Shown: positions 36,896-48,422, numbered from the stretch's first letter. The stretch: 64,000 bases of DNA from Alphaproteobacteria bacterium (GCA_963667785.2 CAXXMU010000006.1:576001-640000); one strand, 5' to 3'. A program made the numbers and translations. The notes: generated from the letters alone by a model not told the origin.

Positions 36896-37957
36896 CTAGT
36901 ACGAGTACTCATTGTCCAATTCAACGGAGTGAATGATGGTCTCGCCAGATGACCTAAAATAGGACATTGCCAAGGTAAAGGGTGTTTCAATTGTCTGACT
37001 TACTGCCACGACCCATTCATTCCAATCTCGATCAATGACATACAGATCCTTGTGCTCGTTCATATAGAAATTTGACTTCTCAATAAATCCATCTGCTTCG
37101 ATATCGACAGATCCAGTAATCATTATCAAGTACTCACCGTCCTCCATCTCCTTTATCTCCCAATCTGCTATGGCAACTCCATGCACAGCATCAATTGTAA
37201 CATCATTCTCAAATTGCAATCCCTCTATCCCATAAGTCGAATACGAATACAGATAACCCTCGACTTCTTTGCGTGCTGTCGCCAAAAGATCGCCTAAGTT
37301 GAATTCCGGAATGTCCGAGGGCTCTACGCGTTGCAAAAGAGGCGAAATTCTTTCGCCAAAAAACTCCCGCAGCCCCGTATACACTGTTATTTTTCTGTCT
37401 TTGTTGCCAATACCTGCTTGTAGATTCGCATGCAACACATGTTCTTGATCTTTATTTTCGCAAAAATCCTTGACGTTGCCTGTTAGAAAGTATACTTCTG
37501 CAGCGCCCTCCTGTAGTTTATTGATCTCTGATACTATGCTTTCCCATATCAAATAATCCTTAAATCCTTCTCCGTTGCTTTTGAATGGTTTGTTCCTCTT
37601 ATATGAAGCTTCCACAACTTGCTCGAGACTCAACTTCGGATATGGCAGTATATCTATCTTATAGTCCTTTATGATTGATTCAAACCAACTCAAAAATGCC
37701 TTATGCGCCTTCGGAACACTGATATCCGAAACGAGATTTGTCCCTGCCAATTTGTTTATGTCTGCTCTTACTCGGCAATAAGTCTCGTATTTGTCCGTCA
37801 ACTCTAGCCTATGCCGTCCGTTTATTTCATCAATAACTACCTTCGAAACTATCAACCGCAATCCCAAAAAACGTACTGACTTTAGGAATGAAGATGCGGC
37901 TGAAGAACGGAGGTAATTCTCCCTAATAACAATGCTTGTATCGAGAAAAATAATCAT
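36896..37957 (-). CDS. PIN-domain protein (DUF4935/PIN_8-like), AT-rich insert
   Basis: IFLDTS, VIDE, KPF...GFKDYLIWES and FLTGNVKDF acidic tetrad; sharply lower GC than the flanks. Confidence 0.85.
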   Translation of the reverse strand: MIIFLDTSIVIRENYLRSSAASSFLKSVRFLGLRLIVSKVVIDEINGRHRLELTDKYETYCRVRADINKLAGTNLVSDISVPKAHKAFLSWFESIIKDYKIDILPYPKLSLEQVVEASYKRNKPFKSNGEGFKDYLIWESIVSEINKLQEGAAEVYFLTGNVKDFCENKDQEHVLHANLQAGIGNKDRKITVYTGLREFFGERISPLLQRVEPSDIPEFNLGDLLATARKEVEGYLYSYSTYGIEGLQFENDVTIDAVHGVAIADWEIKEMEDGEYLIMITGSVDIEADGFIEKSNFYMNEHKDLYVIDRDWNEWVVAVSQTIETPFTLAMSYFRSSGETIIHSVELDNEYSY

Positions 37958-38142
37958 ACCAAGTGTTTCCTATCAGACTGAGGATTGGCGAAAATTAAAT
38001 ACTGCCACACTTGCTTTCGATTCCACGTTACCGCGCAGTGACTATCAGCACCTGGAGGGAGTGCGTCTAGGCGGCAGATACAGCTCATAAGTACAAGCCC
38101 TAGTTCCAGCGCTCTCGATCGCGGTGCAGTGCTCCCATATCT

Positions 38143-39729
38143 TCAAATCCCCAGCGCGCAGCCGTCCTTGCGCGGGTCCGAGCCGCCGGTGAGCACGCCC
38201 GTCGCCCGGTCGATCGCGATGGCCTGACCGCCACCGTGGGGCACGCCGGCCCACTCGACCGCATGGCCGAGGGCTGCGAGCGCCTGCGCGGTCTCATCTG
38301 CGATGGTGGTCTCCAGCGTCAGCACGCCGCCGAAGTGGAAGGCGCGCGGGCAATCCAGCGCGGCCTGCGGGCCCATGCCGTAGTCGATCACGTTGGTGAG
38401 GAAGTGGGCGTGGCCGCAGGCCTGGAAGTGCCCGCCCATCACGCCGAAGGGCATCACCGCGTGCTCCCCCTCGCCCACCATGCCGGGGATGATCGTGTGC
38501 ATCGGCCGCTTGCCGCCGGCGATGCGGTTGGGGTGGTCCGGGTCGATGACGAAGCTCGCGCCCCGGTTCTGCAGCATGATGCCCGACGGCGTGCAGAGGC
38601 CCGAGCCGAAGGAGGCGAAGAGCGAGTTGATGAAGGAGATCGCGTTGCCGTCGCCGTCCACCACGGTGAGGTAGACGGTATCGCCGTGCGCCGGGTAGCC
38701 GGGGGGCAGCTCCGCCGGCATGGCGCGGCCGGGGTCGATGTGGCGACGCATGGCGTCGGCGTATTGGGTGGAGAGCAGCGCGTCGATTGGCACGTCCACC
38801 GCGTCGGGGTCGGCAACCAGCGCGGCGCGGTCGCGATAGCCGAGTCGCGTCGCTTCCGCCTCCAGGTGCAGGCGTTCGGCGCCCAGCGGATCGAGGCCCG
38901 CCAGCTCGAAGCCCTCCAGGATGTTGAGGATCAGCAGCGCGATGATCCCCTGCCCGTTGGGCGGGCACTCGTAGATGTCGAAGCCCCGGTAGTTCGTGCT
39001 GATCGGCTCGACCTGCTGCGGCGCGAAGGCTGCGAGATCATCCGCCGTCATCGGACTGCCGTGGGCCTGCAGGTGAGCGGCGATCTCCTCGGCGATCGCG
39101 CCGCGATAGAAGGCGTCGCCGCCGCCCCTCGCGATCAGGCGCAGCGTCTCCGCCAACACCGGCAGGCGGTGAACGGTGCCGGCGGCGGGCGCGCGGCCAC
39201 CGGGCAGGTAGAAGGCGCGGGCGTTCTCGCAGGCCGTGAGCTTCTCCGCGTTCAGGGCCCAGTCGTGGGCGACGCGGCTGTGGACGACGAAGCCCTCTTC
39301 GGCATAGCGGATGGCGGGCTGCAGTACCGCGTCGAGGCCCATGGTGCCGTGGTCTGCGAGCAGGCGCTCCCACGTGCCGACGGCGCCCGGCACGGTGACC
39401 GCGTGCGCGCTCTCGAAGCCGATGGCGTCGATGCCCCGCTCCCGGAACCAGTCCACGCTCAGCCCCGCCGGCGCGGGACCCGAGCCGTTGATGGCGTAGG
39501 GCGGCACCCGGCCGTCCGGCGCATAGAGCGCGAAGCAGTCGCCGCCGATGCCGGTCGACTGCGGCTCGACCACGCCTTGCACGGCGCAGGCCGCGACCGC
39601 CGCATCCACGGCATTGGCGCCCGCTCGCAACATCTCGATCGCCGTCGCCGTGGCCAGCGGGTGCGAGGTCGCCGCCATGCCGCGCATGCCGTGGACCATG
39701 GACCGCCCCGGCTGCTGAAAGTCCCGCAT
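38143..39729 (-). CDS. Gamma-glutamyltransferase-family Ntn hydrolase (YwrD/HpxW-like)
   Basis: GANAVDAA, TGIGGDCF, nucleophile GDTVY, KRPMHTIIP, FGVMGG and GGSDPRKDG motifs. Confidence 0.92.
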   Translation of the reverse strand: MRDFQQPGRSMVHGMRGMAATSHPLATATAIEMLRAGANAVDAAVAACAVQGVVEPQSTGIGGDCFALYAPDGRVPPYAINGSGPAPAGLSVDWFRERGIDAIGFESAHAVTVPGAVGTWERLLADHGTMGLDAVLQPAIRYAEEGFVVHSRVAHDWALNAEKLTACENARAFYLPGGRAPAAGTVHRLPVLAETLRLIARGGGDAFYRGAIAEEIAAHLQAHGSPMTADDLAAFAPQQVEPISTNYRGFDIYECPPNGQGIIALLILNILEGFELAGLDPLGAERLHLEAEATRLGYRDRAALVADPDAVDVPIDALLSTQYADAMRRHIDPGRAMPAELPPGYPAHGDTVYLTVVDGDGNAISFINSLFASFGSGLCTPSGIMLQNRGASFVIDPDHPNRIAGGKRPMHTIIPGMVGEGEHAVMPFGVMGGHFQACGHAHFLTNVIDYGMGPQAALDCPRAFHFGGVLTLETTIADETAQALAALGHAVEWAGVPHGGGQAIAIDRATGVLTGGSDPRKDGCALGI

Positions 39730-40015
39730 CGGCTTCTCCCTTCGCCTGCGCGCCGCCGCCCTGTCGGCATGGCTGGGTTTTAGACCGTTTGCCCGGCTCA
39801 CGAAACGGCGAGCGCATCTCACGAAATGTTGCGCGGCCGTGCAGCCGGCCCGTGTGGCCGAGGCACCGGGCATTTGCTAGTGTCCCCGGCGCCTGATCCG
39901 GCCCGAGCGCCGCGCTTGCGACGGTGGTCGTGCGGGCCAATATCAGGACAAGGGCCGCACGGCGCCTCGGCGCCCGGGGCCATCTGACGGGAATGCAACG
40001 CGGGGAGTCGAGAGC

Positions 40016-40465
40016 ATGCGCTTGAGAGGGTTGGCGGCCGCCGGAATGGTCGCAGGAGCCATCGGGCTCGCCGCCGTCGCCGCGCCCCCGGCACAGGCGA
40101 CGGAGGGAGCCGAGCGGATCACGGTGACCGGCGAGGTCATCGATTCCTGGTGCTATCTGAGCGAGATCATGTGGGCGACCGGCTCGGCCCATCACCGCTG
40201 CGCCGTCTGGTGCGCGCGGGGCGGCGTGCCGGTGGGGATCCTCGGCGAGGACGACGAGGTCTACGTCCTTCTCATGCTCGAGAACGACCCGGGCGTGATC
40301 GGCAACAAGGCGGTATTCCGCATGCAGACCAACGAGGTCGTCGTGACCGGCGATCTCTACCAGCGCGACAGCGTCAACTATCTCGCCGTGAGCGAGATCG
40401 TCGAGGACCACGGGATCGTGAACTACTCCCACGAGGAATTCGACATCCAGCCGGGAGGGCTCTGA
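40016..40465 (+). CDS. Exported hypothetical protein with Cys/His motif
   Basis: Signal peptide; GEVIDSWCY...HHRCAVWCARGG. Confidence 0.8.
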   Translation: MRLRGLAAAGMVAGAIGLAAVAAPPAQATEGAERITVTGEVIDSWCYLSEIMWATGSAHHRCAVWCARGGVPVGILGEDDEVYVLLMLENDPGVIGNKAVFRMQTNEVVVTGDLYQRDSVNYLAVSEIVEDHGIVNYSHEEFDIQPGGL

Positions 40466-40467
40466 TC

Positions 40468-41022
40468 ATGACGCTCATGCCATCCCATCGCCCGTTCGTC
40501 CGCCTCGCCGCCGCAGTCGCCTTCGTCGGCGCGGTGACTGTCTCCGGCATCGCCTCGGCCGCCAACAGCTGGGGGCTGCCGGATGAGGTCGAGGCTCGCT
40601 TCGACGCCACGGTCACCGACGTGCTCTGCGTCCTCAGCGGCGACTGCCCGGAGGATTGCGGCGCCGGCTCGCGCCTGCTCGGCCTGTTGCAGGAAGACGG
40701 CACCCTCGTGCTGCCGCTGAAGAACGCCGGCCCCTTCACCGGCCCGACCGTCGATCTCATTCCCTTCTGCAACCAGCGGGTCACGGTCGACGGCCTGTTC
40801 ACGACCAACTACGGCATCACCACCTTCGCGGTCCAGTTCGTGCGGCCCGAAGGCGGCAAGTGGCGTGGCGCCAACGGGTTCGTCCGCCAGTGGGCCAAGG
40901 AGCGCGGCCTGGAGGCGAAGGACAAGAAAGCGCGGCGCTGGATGCGCAACGACGAGGCGATCCTCGAGCTGATCGAGGAGCAGGGCGTGCTCGGCCTCAA
41001 GAGCAAGGGGATCACGCCGTAG
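40468..41022 (+). CDS. Exported hypothetical protein with Cys motif, likely paralogue of the upstream gene
   Basis: Signal peptide; VTDVLC..SGDCPEDCG; 2-nt gap to the upstream stop. Confidence 0.8.
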   Translation: MTLMPSHRPFVRLAAAVAFVGAVTVSGIASAANSWGLPDEVEARFDATVTDVLCVLSGDCPEDCGAGSRLLGLLQEDGTLVLPLKNAGPFTGPTVDLIPFCNQRVTVDGLFTTNYGITTFAVQFVRPEGGKWRGANGFVRQWAKERGLEAKDKKARRWMRNDEAILELIEEQGVLGLKSKGITP

Positions 41023-41103
41023 CCCGGCAGGCAGGCGGCGCGCGGAGCTCGTGCGCCGTCGCCGGGCCGGCGCCGCCCCGGCGGCAGACGGGACGGACCC
41101 GCG

Positions 41104-41748
41104 GTGCGCCGGTTTCCGCTCGAGCCCTCCGGTCTCTGGCGCGAGGTCCGGAGCGCGCGGGAGGGGGCGTCCGCCCCTGCCCTCTTCCTCGACCGCGACG
41201 GCACGCTCATCGAGCTGGTCCACTATCTCAGCCGCGCGGCCGAGGTGGCGCCCGTTCCCGGCGCCTTCGAGAGCCTCGCCGACGCCCGGCGCTGCGGCTA
41301 CCGGGTAGTCATCGTGACCAACCAGTCCGGTATCGGCCGCGGCCGCTACGGCTGGGATGAGTTCGCCGAGGTTCAGGAGCGGGTGATCGCGCTGGCGCAC
41401 GCCGCCGGCGGGCGGATCGACGCGGTCTACGCCTGCCCGGCGCTGCCTGGCAGCGGCGATCCCTGCCGCAAGCCCGACCCCGGCATGCTGCGGGCCGCCG
41501 CCGCGGACCTCGCCATCGACCTCGCGGCAAGCTGGATCGTCGGCGATGCGGCCACGGATCTCGAGGCGGGCCGCCGCACCGGCCTCGCGCGCGGCTGGCT
41601 GGTGCCGACCGGCTACGGCGCGCGCGACAGAGGCATTGCGGCGGGCTTGGCGGGAGCCGGCTTCCCGGTCACCATCGGCCGGCCGATCGCGGCGCTCGCC
41701 GCCGCGCTCGCAGCGAGCCGGACCGGAGCGGCACAGGGGACCCCATGA
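41104..41748 (+). CDS. gmhB: D,D-heptose 1,7-bisphosphate phosphatase-like HAD-IIIA hydrolase
   Basis: LFLDRDGTL, VTNQSGIGRG, CRKPDPGML and WIVGD motifs. Confidence 0.85.
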   Translation: MRRFPLEPSGLWREVRSAREGASAPALFLDRDGTLIELVHYLSRAAEVAPVPGAFESLADARRCGYRVVIVTNQSGIGRGRYGWDEFAEVQERVIALAHAAGGRIDAVYACPALPGSGDPCRKPDPGMLRAAAADLAIDLAASWIVGDAATDLEAGRRTGLARGWLVPTGYGARDRGIAAGLAGAGFPVTIGRPIAALAAALAASRTGAAQGTP

Positions 41749-42365
41749 CCTTTCCCGACGAACGCTACCGCTCGATCGCCGCGTACTGCGACGACTACGT
41801 GGCCCGGCTCGCGCGCGCTGGCGCCTCCCTCGACCGCGTCGCGCTCGCCCAGGCGGCGGACATGCTCGATGCGGCCTTCGCACGCAGCGCGTGGCTCTTC
41901 GTCTGCGGTAACGGCGGCTCGGCGGCGATCGCCAATCACCTGCTGTGCGACGTCGCCAAGGGGGTGCAAACCGACACCGGCGTGCTGCCGCGGGTGATGA
42001 GCCTGAGCGCGAACATCGAGATCGTCACCGCGATCGCCAACGACATCGCCTTCGAGGACTGCTTCCTCTACCAGCTCCGCACTGCGGCCCGGCCCGGCGA
42101 CCTGGTGATGACCATCTCGGCCTCGGGCGATTCCGAGAACATCGTCCGCGCCCTGGAGTGGGCGGGCGCGAACGGGGTCGACAGCATCGCGCTCACCGGC
42201 TTCGACGGCGGCCGCTCCGCGCCTCTCGCCACGATCAACCTGCACGTGGACGGCGACAATTACGGCGTGATCGAGGATACCCACCAGTCGATCATGCACA
42301 TGCTCTCGCAGTATCTGCGCCAGGCGAAGATACCGGACGCGCTCATCCCTCAGCGCAAGTTCTAA
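41745..42365 (+). CDS. gmhA: Phosphoheptose isomerase-like SIS protein
   Basis: CGNGGSAA, TAIAND, ISASGDSEN, LTGFDGG and IEDTH motifs. Confidence 0.8.
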   Translation: MTFPDERYRSIAAYCDDYVARLARAGASLDRVALAQAADMLDAAFARSAWLFVCGNGGSAAIANHLLCDVAKGVQTDTGVLPRVMSLSANIEIVTAIANDIAFEDCFLYQLRTAARPGDLVMTISASGDSENIVRALEWAGANGVDSIALTGFDGGRSAPLATINLHVDGDNYGVIEDTHQSIMHMLSQYLRQAKIPDALIPQRKF

Positions 42366-42985
42366 CCGACGAAGCGGAGCGCCAGCACGGCGGCGATCAC
42401 GACCGCGAGGGCGAGCAGCGCCGCGAGCCCGAGGCGACGCTCGACGAAGGCGCGCGCCGCCGGGCCGAACTGCCAGAGAAGCCCCGCGACGATATAGAAG
42501 CGAAGCCCGCGCGAGAGCAGCGAGGCGAGGATGAAGACGCCGATATCGAGCCGGCCGGCGCCGCTCGCCACGGTGATCAGCTTGTAGGGGAGCGGGGTGA
42601 AGCCGCCGGCGGCGACGATCCAGGCGCCCCATTCGTCGCGGTAGCGCTCGAAGGCCGCGAGCTTGTCCTCGTTGCCCCAGAGGTCGAGGAGGGGGCCGCC
42701 GAAGGCATCGAAGAGATAGTAGCCGATGGCGTAGCCGAAGAGGCCGCCGGCGACCGACGAGAGCGTGCAGACCCCTGCGAGCCACCAGGCTCTCGCCCGG
42801 CGCGCGAGGATCATGGGGATGAGCAGCAGGTCCGGCGGGATCGGGAAGAACGAGCTCTCCGCAAACGAGACGGCGACGAGCGCCCAGACGGCATGGCGCC
42901 TGCCGGCGAGCGCAAGCGTCCGGTCGTAGAGCCGGCGGAGCGGCCCCGGCCGCGGGGGCCGCCCGGCCCCGGGCGTCCCGCTCAT
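42362..42985 (-). CDS. DedA/YqaA-family membrane protein
   Basis: SFAESSFFPIPPD, FTPLPYK and SRGLRF motifs. Confidence 0.92.
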   Translation of the reverse strand: MSGTPGAGRPPRPGPLRRLYDRTLALAGRRHAVWALVAVSFAESSFFPIPPDLLLIPMILARRARAWWLAGVCTLSSVAGGLFGYAIGYYLFDAFGGPLLDLWGNEDKLAAFERYRDEWGAWIVAAGGFTPLPYKLITVASGAGRLDIGVFILASLLSRGLRFYIVAGLLWQFGPAARAFVERRLGLAALLALAVVIAAVLALRFVG

Positions 42986-43069
42986 GCCTCCGCAGCCCCG
43001 GCCCGGGCCGGTTGACGGCCGCCCGGCCCGGCCCAACAATGCCTGAACAGCCCCGGACGGCGCCCTGTC

Positions 43070-44176
43070 ATGCAATCCAAGCTCATCCTCTTCGCCGCCT
43101 CGGCCGGCATCGCCGCCCTCACCATCTACCTCCTCATCTCCGGGCGGAACATCCTGATCCCGATCGCCATCGCCGTCATGGCCTGGTATCTGATCAACGC
43201 CATCGCCCGCGGCATCATGAAGCTCAGCATACGCGGCGTTCGCCCGCCGCGCTGGGCGGCGCTGGCGCTCACGGTGCTGGTCGTCATCGCGGCGGTCATG
43301 TCGCTGGCCGAGATGGTGAGCGGCAACTTCAGCGCCGTGGTCGAGGCAATCCCCACCTACCAGGCCAATCTCCAGCGCCTGATCGGCGAGGTGGCGGCGC
43401 TGTTCGGCCTGCAGGAGACGCCCAACCTGACCGAGCTGGTCGATCGCATCGACTTCAGCGCGGTCGTCAGCAGCATCGCCGGGACCCTCACCAGCATCGC
43501 CGGCGAGGCCGGGCTCATCTTCGTCTACATGCTCTTCCTGTTCGTCGAGCAGGGCAGCTTCGACCGCAAGATGCAGGCGCTCTTCCCCGACCCGGCACGG
43601 GAGGAGCGGGTCCACAAGATCCTCAGCCACATGAGCCAGGAGATCCAGAACTACCTGTGGATCAAGACCTTCACCAGCGCGCTGACGGCGGGATTGAGCT
43701 ACGCCGTGCTGGCCTCCATCGGCCTCGACTTCGCCGGCTTCTGGGCGGTCATCATCTTCCTGCTCAACTACATCCCCACCATCGGCTCGCTGCTGGGCAT
43801 CCTCTTCCCGGCGCTGCTTGCGCTGGTGCAGTTCGACACCTTCGTGCCCTTCCTCATCGTCACCCCGAGCCTCGCAGTGATCCAGGTCTTCATCGGCAAC
43901 TTCCTGGAGCCGATGCTGATGGGGTCCTCCCTCAACATCAGCCCCTTCGCGACCCTCGTCTCGCTTGCCGTCTGGGGCACGATCTGGGGCGTGCCGGGCA
44001 TGTTCCTCTGCGTGCCCATCACCGTCATCGCCATGATCATCTTCGCCCACTTCCCGCGCACGCGGCCCATCGCGGTGATGCTGTCGACCGACGGCCGCGT
44101 CGCCTGGGGCGAGACCGATGAGCACCCGCCTCCCCCCCGACCGCCGCCCGACCCGCGCCCGCCTGCCGGAGCCTGA
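43070..44176 (+). CDS. AI-2E family transporter
   Basis: LNYIPTIGS, GNFLEPMLMG and WGVPGMFLCVP motifs. Confidence 0.92.
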   Translation: MQSKLILFAASAGIAALTIYLLISGRNILIPIAIAVMAWYLINAIARGIMKLSIRGVRPPRWAALALTVLVVIAAVMSLAEMVSGNFSAVVEAIPTYQANLQRLIGEVAALFGLQETPNLTELVDRIDFSAVVSSIAGTLTSIAGEAGLIFVYMLFLFVEQGSFDRKMQALFPDPAREERVHKILSHMSQEIQNYLWIKTFTSALTAGLSYAVLASIGLDFAGFWAVIIFLLNYIPTIGSLLGILFPALLALVQFDTFVPFLIVTPSLAVIQVFIGNFLEPMLMGSSLNISPFATLVSLAVWGTIWGVPGMFLCVPITVIAMIIFAHFPRTRPIAVMLSTDGRVAWGETDEHPPPPRPPPDPRPPAGA

Positions 44177-44178
44177 CC

Positions 44179-45300
44179 ATGACCGTTACCCGAGACGACG
44201 CACCGGCCATCGAGGCCGGGGCGCTGCGCGAGGCCGTCGCCGCGATCTTCACGGCCGCCGGCTGCGACAAGACCGAGGGCGCGCGCATCGGCCGCTATCT
44301 GGTCGAGGCCAATCTCGCCGGGCACGACAGCCACGGCGTCATACGCGTGCCGCGCTATGTGCACTGGCTGGATACCGGCGCCGTCCATGCCGGACGCCGC
44401 GCGAAGACGGTGGTCGATGCCGGCGCCGTCGCGGTGCTGGACGGCGACCACGGCTTCGGCCAGACCGTCGGCGAGCAGGCGATCCGGCTTGCGGTGGAGA
44501 AGGCGCGCGAGCACGGCATCGCCGTGGTGGGACTGCGCAATTCGGGCCATCTCGGGCGCATCGGCGACTGGGCCGAGCTCGCGGCGGCCGAGGGCCTGCT
44601 CTCGATCCACTTCGTCAACACCAGCGGCCTCGGCATGCTGGTGGCGCCCTTCGGCGGCACCGAGCGGCGCATGTCCACCAACCCGGTCTCCATCGGGGTA
44701 CCCATGCCGGAGGGGCCGCCGCTGGTGCTCGACTGCGCGACCTCGGTCGTGGCCGAGGGCAAGGTGCTGGTCGCGCTCAACGGCGGCAAGCCATTGCCGG
44801 AGGGCGCGCTGATCGAGCGGGACGGCCGGCTCGCGACCGACCCCGCCGCGATCTACGGCGCCATCGAGGGCACCCAGCCGCACGACCAGCGCACGGGCTC
44901 AGCCGCCGTGCGCGCGATGGGCGAGCACAAGGGCTCCGGCATCAGCTTCATGTGCGAGGTGCTGGCGGGCGCGCTCACCGGCGGCGGCTGCGGCAAGGCC
45001 GGCCACAAGACGCTGGAGAACAACATGCTCTCCATCCTGCTCGATCCGGCGCGCTTCGGCACCGAGGCGCTGATGTGGCCCGAGCTCAAGCGCTACATCG
45101 CCTTCGTGAAGAGCGCCCGGGCCGCGCCGGGCCACGAGAAGGTGCTGCTGCCCGGCGAGCCCGAGGAGGCGATGCGTGCGCGGCGCGGCGCAGACGGAAT
45201 CCCGCTGCCGCGCAGGGTGCGCTCAAGCCTCGCGCTCACCGCAAGCTCCCTCGGCCTCGCGGAAGTGGCCGCCATTCTCAAGCCCGCGGCGGACGCGTAG
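44179..45300 (+). CDS. Ldh_2-family oxidoreductase (malate/lactate/ureidoglycolate dehydrogenase, YbiC-like)
   Basis: GHDSHGVIR, HLGRIG, STNP, HKGSG and LLPGEPE motifs. Confidence 0.9.
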   Translation: MTVTRDDAPAIEAGALREAVAAIFTAAGCDKTEGARIGRYLVEANLAGHDSHGVIRVPRYVHWLDTGAVHAGRRAKTVVDAGAVAVLDGDHGFGQTVGEQAIRLAVEKAREHGIAVVGLRNSGHLGRIGDWAELAAAEGLLSIHFVNTSGLGMLVAPFGGTERRMSTNPVSIGVPMPEGPPLVLDCATSVVAEGKVLVALNGGKPLPEGALIERDGRLATDPAAIYGAIEGTQPHDQRTGSAAVRAMGEHKGSGISFMCEVLAGALTGGGCGKAGHKTLENNMLSILLDPARFGTEALMWPELKRYIAFVKSARAAPGHEKVLLPGEPEEAMRARRGADGIPLPRRVRSSLALTASSLGLAEVAAILKPAADA

Positions 45301-45329
45301 GCGGCGTTCTCCCGCCGCCGCTTGCTGTA

Positions 45330-45358
45330 CTTCCTCTCCTCCCTGGGGAGCGGGGAAG
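45330..45358. repeat. Degenerate half-RIME hairpin between convergent genes
   Basis: CTTCCTCTCCTCCC-T-GGGGAGCGGGGAAG resembles one arm of the 5285/15644 element. Confidence 0.45.
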
Positions 45359-45381
45359 CGGAAGCGCCGGCTCGCGCCCCG

Positions 45382-46161
45382 CTACCAGACGCTCGAGTAG
45401 CGGCCGCCGTCGAGCAGCAGGTTCTGGCCGGTGATGTAGCCCGCCTGCGCGCTGCAGAGGAACGCGCAGGCCTCGCCGAACTCTCGCGGATCGCCGAAGC
45501 GCTTGGCCGGCACCGACGCCATATGCCGCGCGGTGAATTCGGCGAGATCGGTGCTCGTCGCCCGAGCACCGGCCGCGATGTTGCTGTGCAGCCGCTCGGT
45601 GTCGAAGTAGCCCGGCAGCAGATTGTTGATGGTCACGTTGCTCGCGGCCACGGTGGGCACGATGCCGGCGACGAAGGCGGTGAGCCCGGCGCGGGCGCCG
45701 CTGGAGAGGTCGAGGCCGGGGACCGGCATCATCACCGAGATCGAGGTGATGTTGATGATCCGCCCGAAGCCCCGCTCGGCCATGCCGTCGACCACCCGGC
45801 CGATCATCTCCACCGGCGTCGCCATGTTCATCACCACGCCCTGCAGGAAGGCGCCGCGGTCGATCTCGCGGAAGTCGCGGCGGGGCGGGCCGCCATTATT
45901 GTTGACGAGGATGTCGGGCTCGGGCGCTGCGGCGATCAGCGCCGCCTGCACCGCCGGCTCGCTGATGTCGCCGGCCACGGTCTCCACCGCGACCCCGGCA
46001 TCGACACGGATGGCCCCGGCGGTCTCCTCCAGCACCTGGGCGTCGCGCCCGTTGATGACGAGGTCGACCCCGTTCCGCGCGAGCGCCTCGGCGCAGCCGC
46101 GGCCGAGCCCGCGGCTCGCGGCGCACACCACCGCGCGGCGCCCCTTGATTCCGAGATCCAT
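45382..46161 (-). CDS. SDR-family oxidoreductase
   Basis: MDLGIKGRRAVVCAASRGLG, DILVNNNGGPP and YITGQNLLLDGG motifs. Confidence 0.92.
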   Translation of the reverse strand: MDLGIKGRRAVVCAASRGLGRGCAEALARNGVDLVINGRDAQVLEETAGAIRVDAGVAVETVAGDISEPAVQAALIAAAPEPDILVNNNGGPPRRDFREIDRGAFLQGVVMNMATPVEMIGRVVDGMAERGFGRIINITSISVMMPVPGLDLSSGARAGLTAFVAGIVPTVAASNVTINNLLPGYFDTERLHSNIAAGARATSTDLAEFTARHMASVPAKRFGDPREFGEACAFLCSAQAGYITGQNLLLDGGRYSSVW

Positions 46162-46295
46162 GGCTCCATATCCCCTGCTTGGGCGCATCCTGACGCCCGC
46201 CGGACGGCCTGTGCAAGGCCAGCGGGCATTCCGCCGACGCAACGCGACACGGCGTCTCGCCGCAAACCGGCGCTTGATTCGCCCCGGCAATAGTG

Positions 46296-46322
46296 TTAGC
46301 ACTCACTTCTAGTGAGTGCTAA
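46296..46322 (+). promoter_or_regulatory. CIRCE element (HrcA operator)
   Basis: Perfect TTAGCACTC-N9-GAGTGCTAA upstream of groES. Confidence 0.97.
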
Positions 46323-46365
46323 CATCGGCGCTCAGACGAACGTTCGGACGAGATTGGAGGACGCA

Positions 46366-46680
46366 ATGAAGTTTCGACCGCTGCATGACAGGGTCGTGGT
46401 CCGTCGCATTGGCGAGGACACCAAGACTGCGGGCGGCATCATCATCCCCGACACGGCGCAGGAGAAGCCGCAGGAAGGCGAGATCGTGGCCGTGGGCCCC
46501 GGTGTGCGGGCCGATGACGGGACGCTGCACGCCCTGGACGTGAAGCCGGGCGACCGCGTGCTGTTCGGCAAATGGTCGGGCAACGAGGTGACGCTGGACG
46601 GTGACGAGCTCCTGTTCATGAAGGAGTCCGACATCATGGCCATCGTCGAGACCGGGAAGAAGTCGAAGAAGGCCGCGTAG
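46366..46680 (+). CDS. groES: Co-chaperonin GroES
   Basis: [11 protein letters not shown] and [18 protein letters not shown] motifs; GGAGG RBS. Confidence 0.98.
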   Translation: MKFRPLHDRVVVRRIGEDTKTAGGIIIPDTAQEKPQEGEIVAVGPGVRADDGTLHALDVKPGDRVLFGKWSGNEVTLDGDELLFMKESDIMAIVETGKKSKKAA

Positions 46681-46705
46681 GCGGGCCGCTTCGGGGTACG
46701 AGTAG

Positions 46706-48364
<1,659 letters not shown>

Positions 48365-48383
48365 CCCAGTCGTTCAGACTGAG

Positions 48384-48422
48384 ACGAGAGGGGCGGGCCT
48401 TCGGGTCCGCCCCTTTTCGTTT
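48384..48422 (+). terminator. Rho-independent terminator of groESL
   Basis: AGGGGCGGGCC-TTCG-GGTCCGCCCCT followed by a T-rich tract. Confidence 0.88.
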
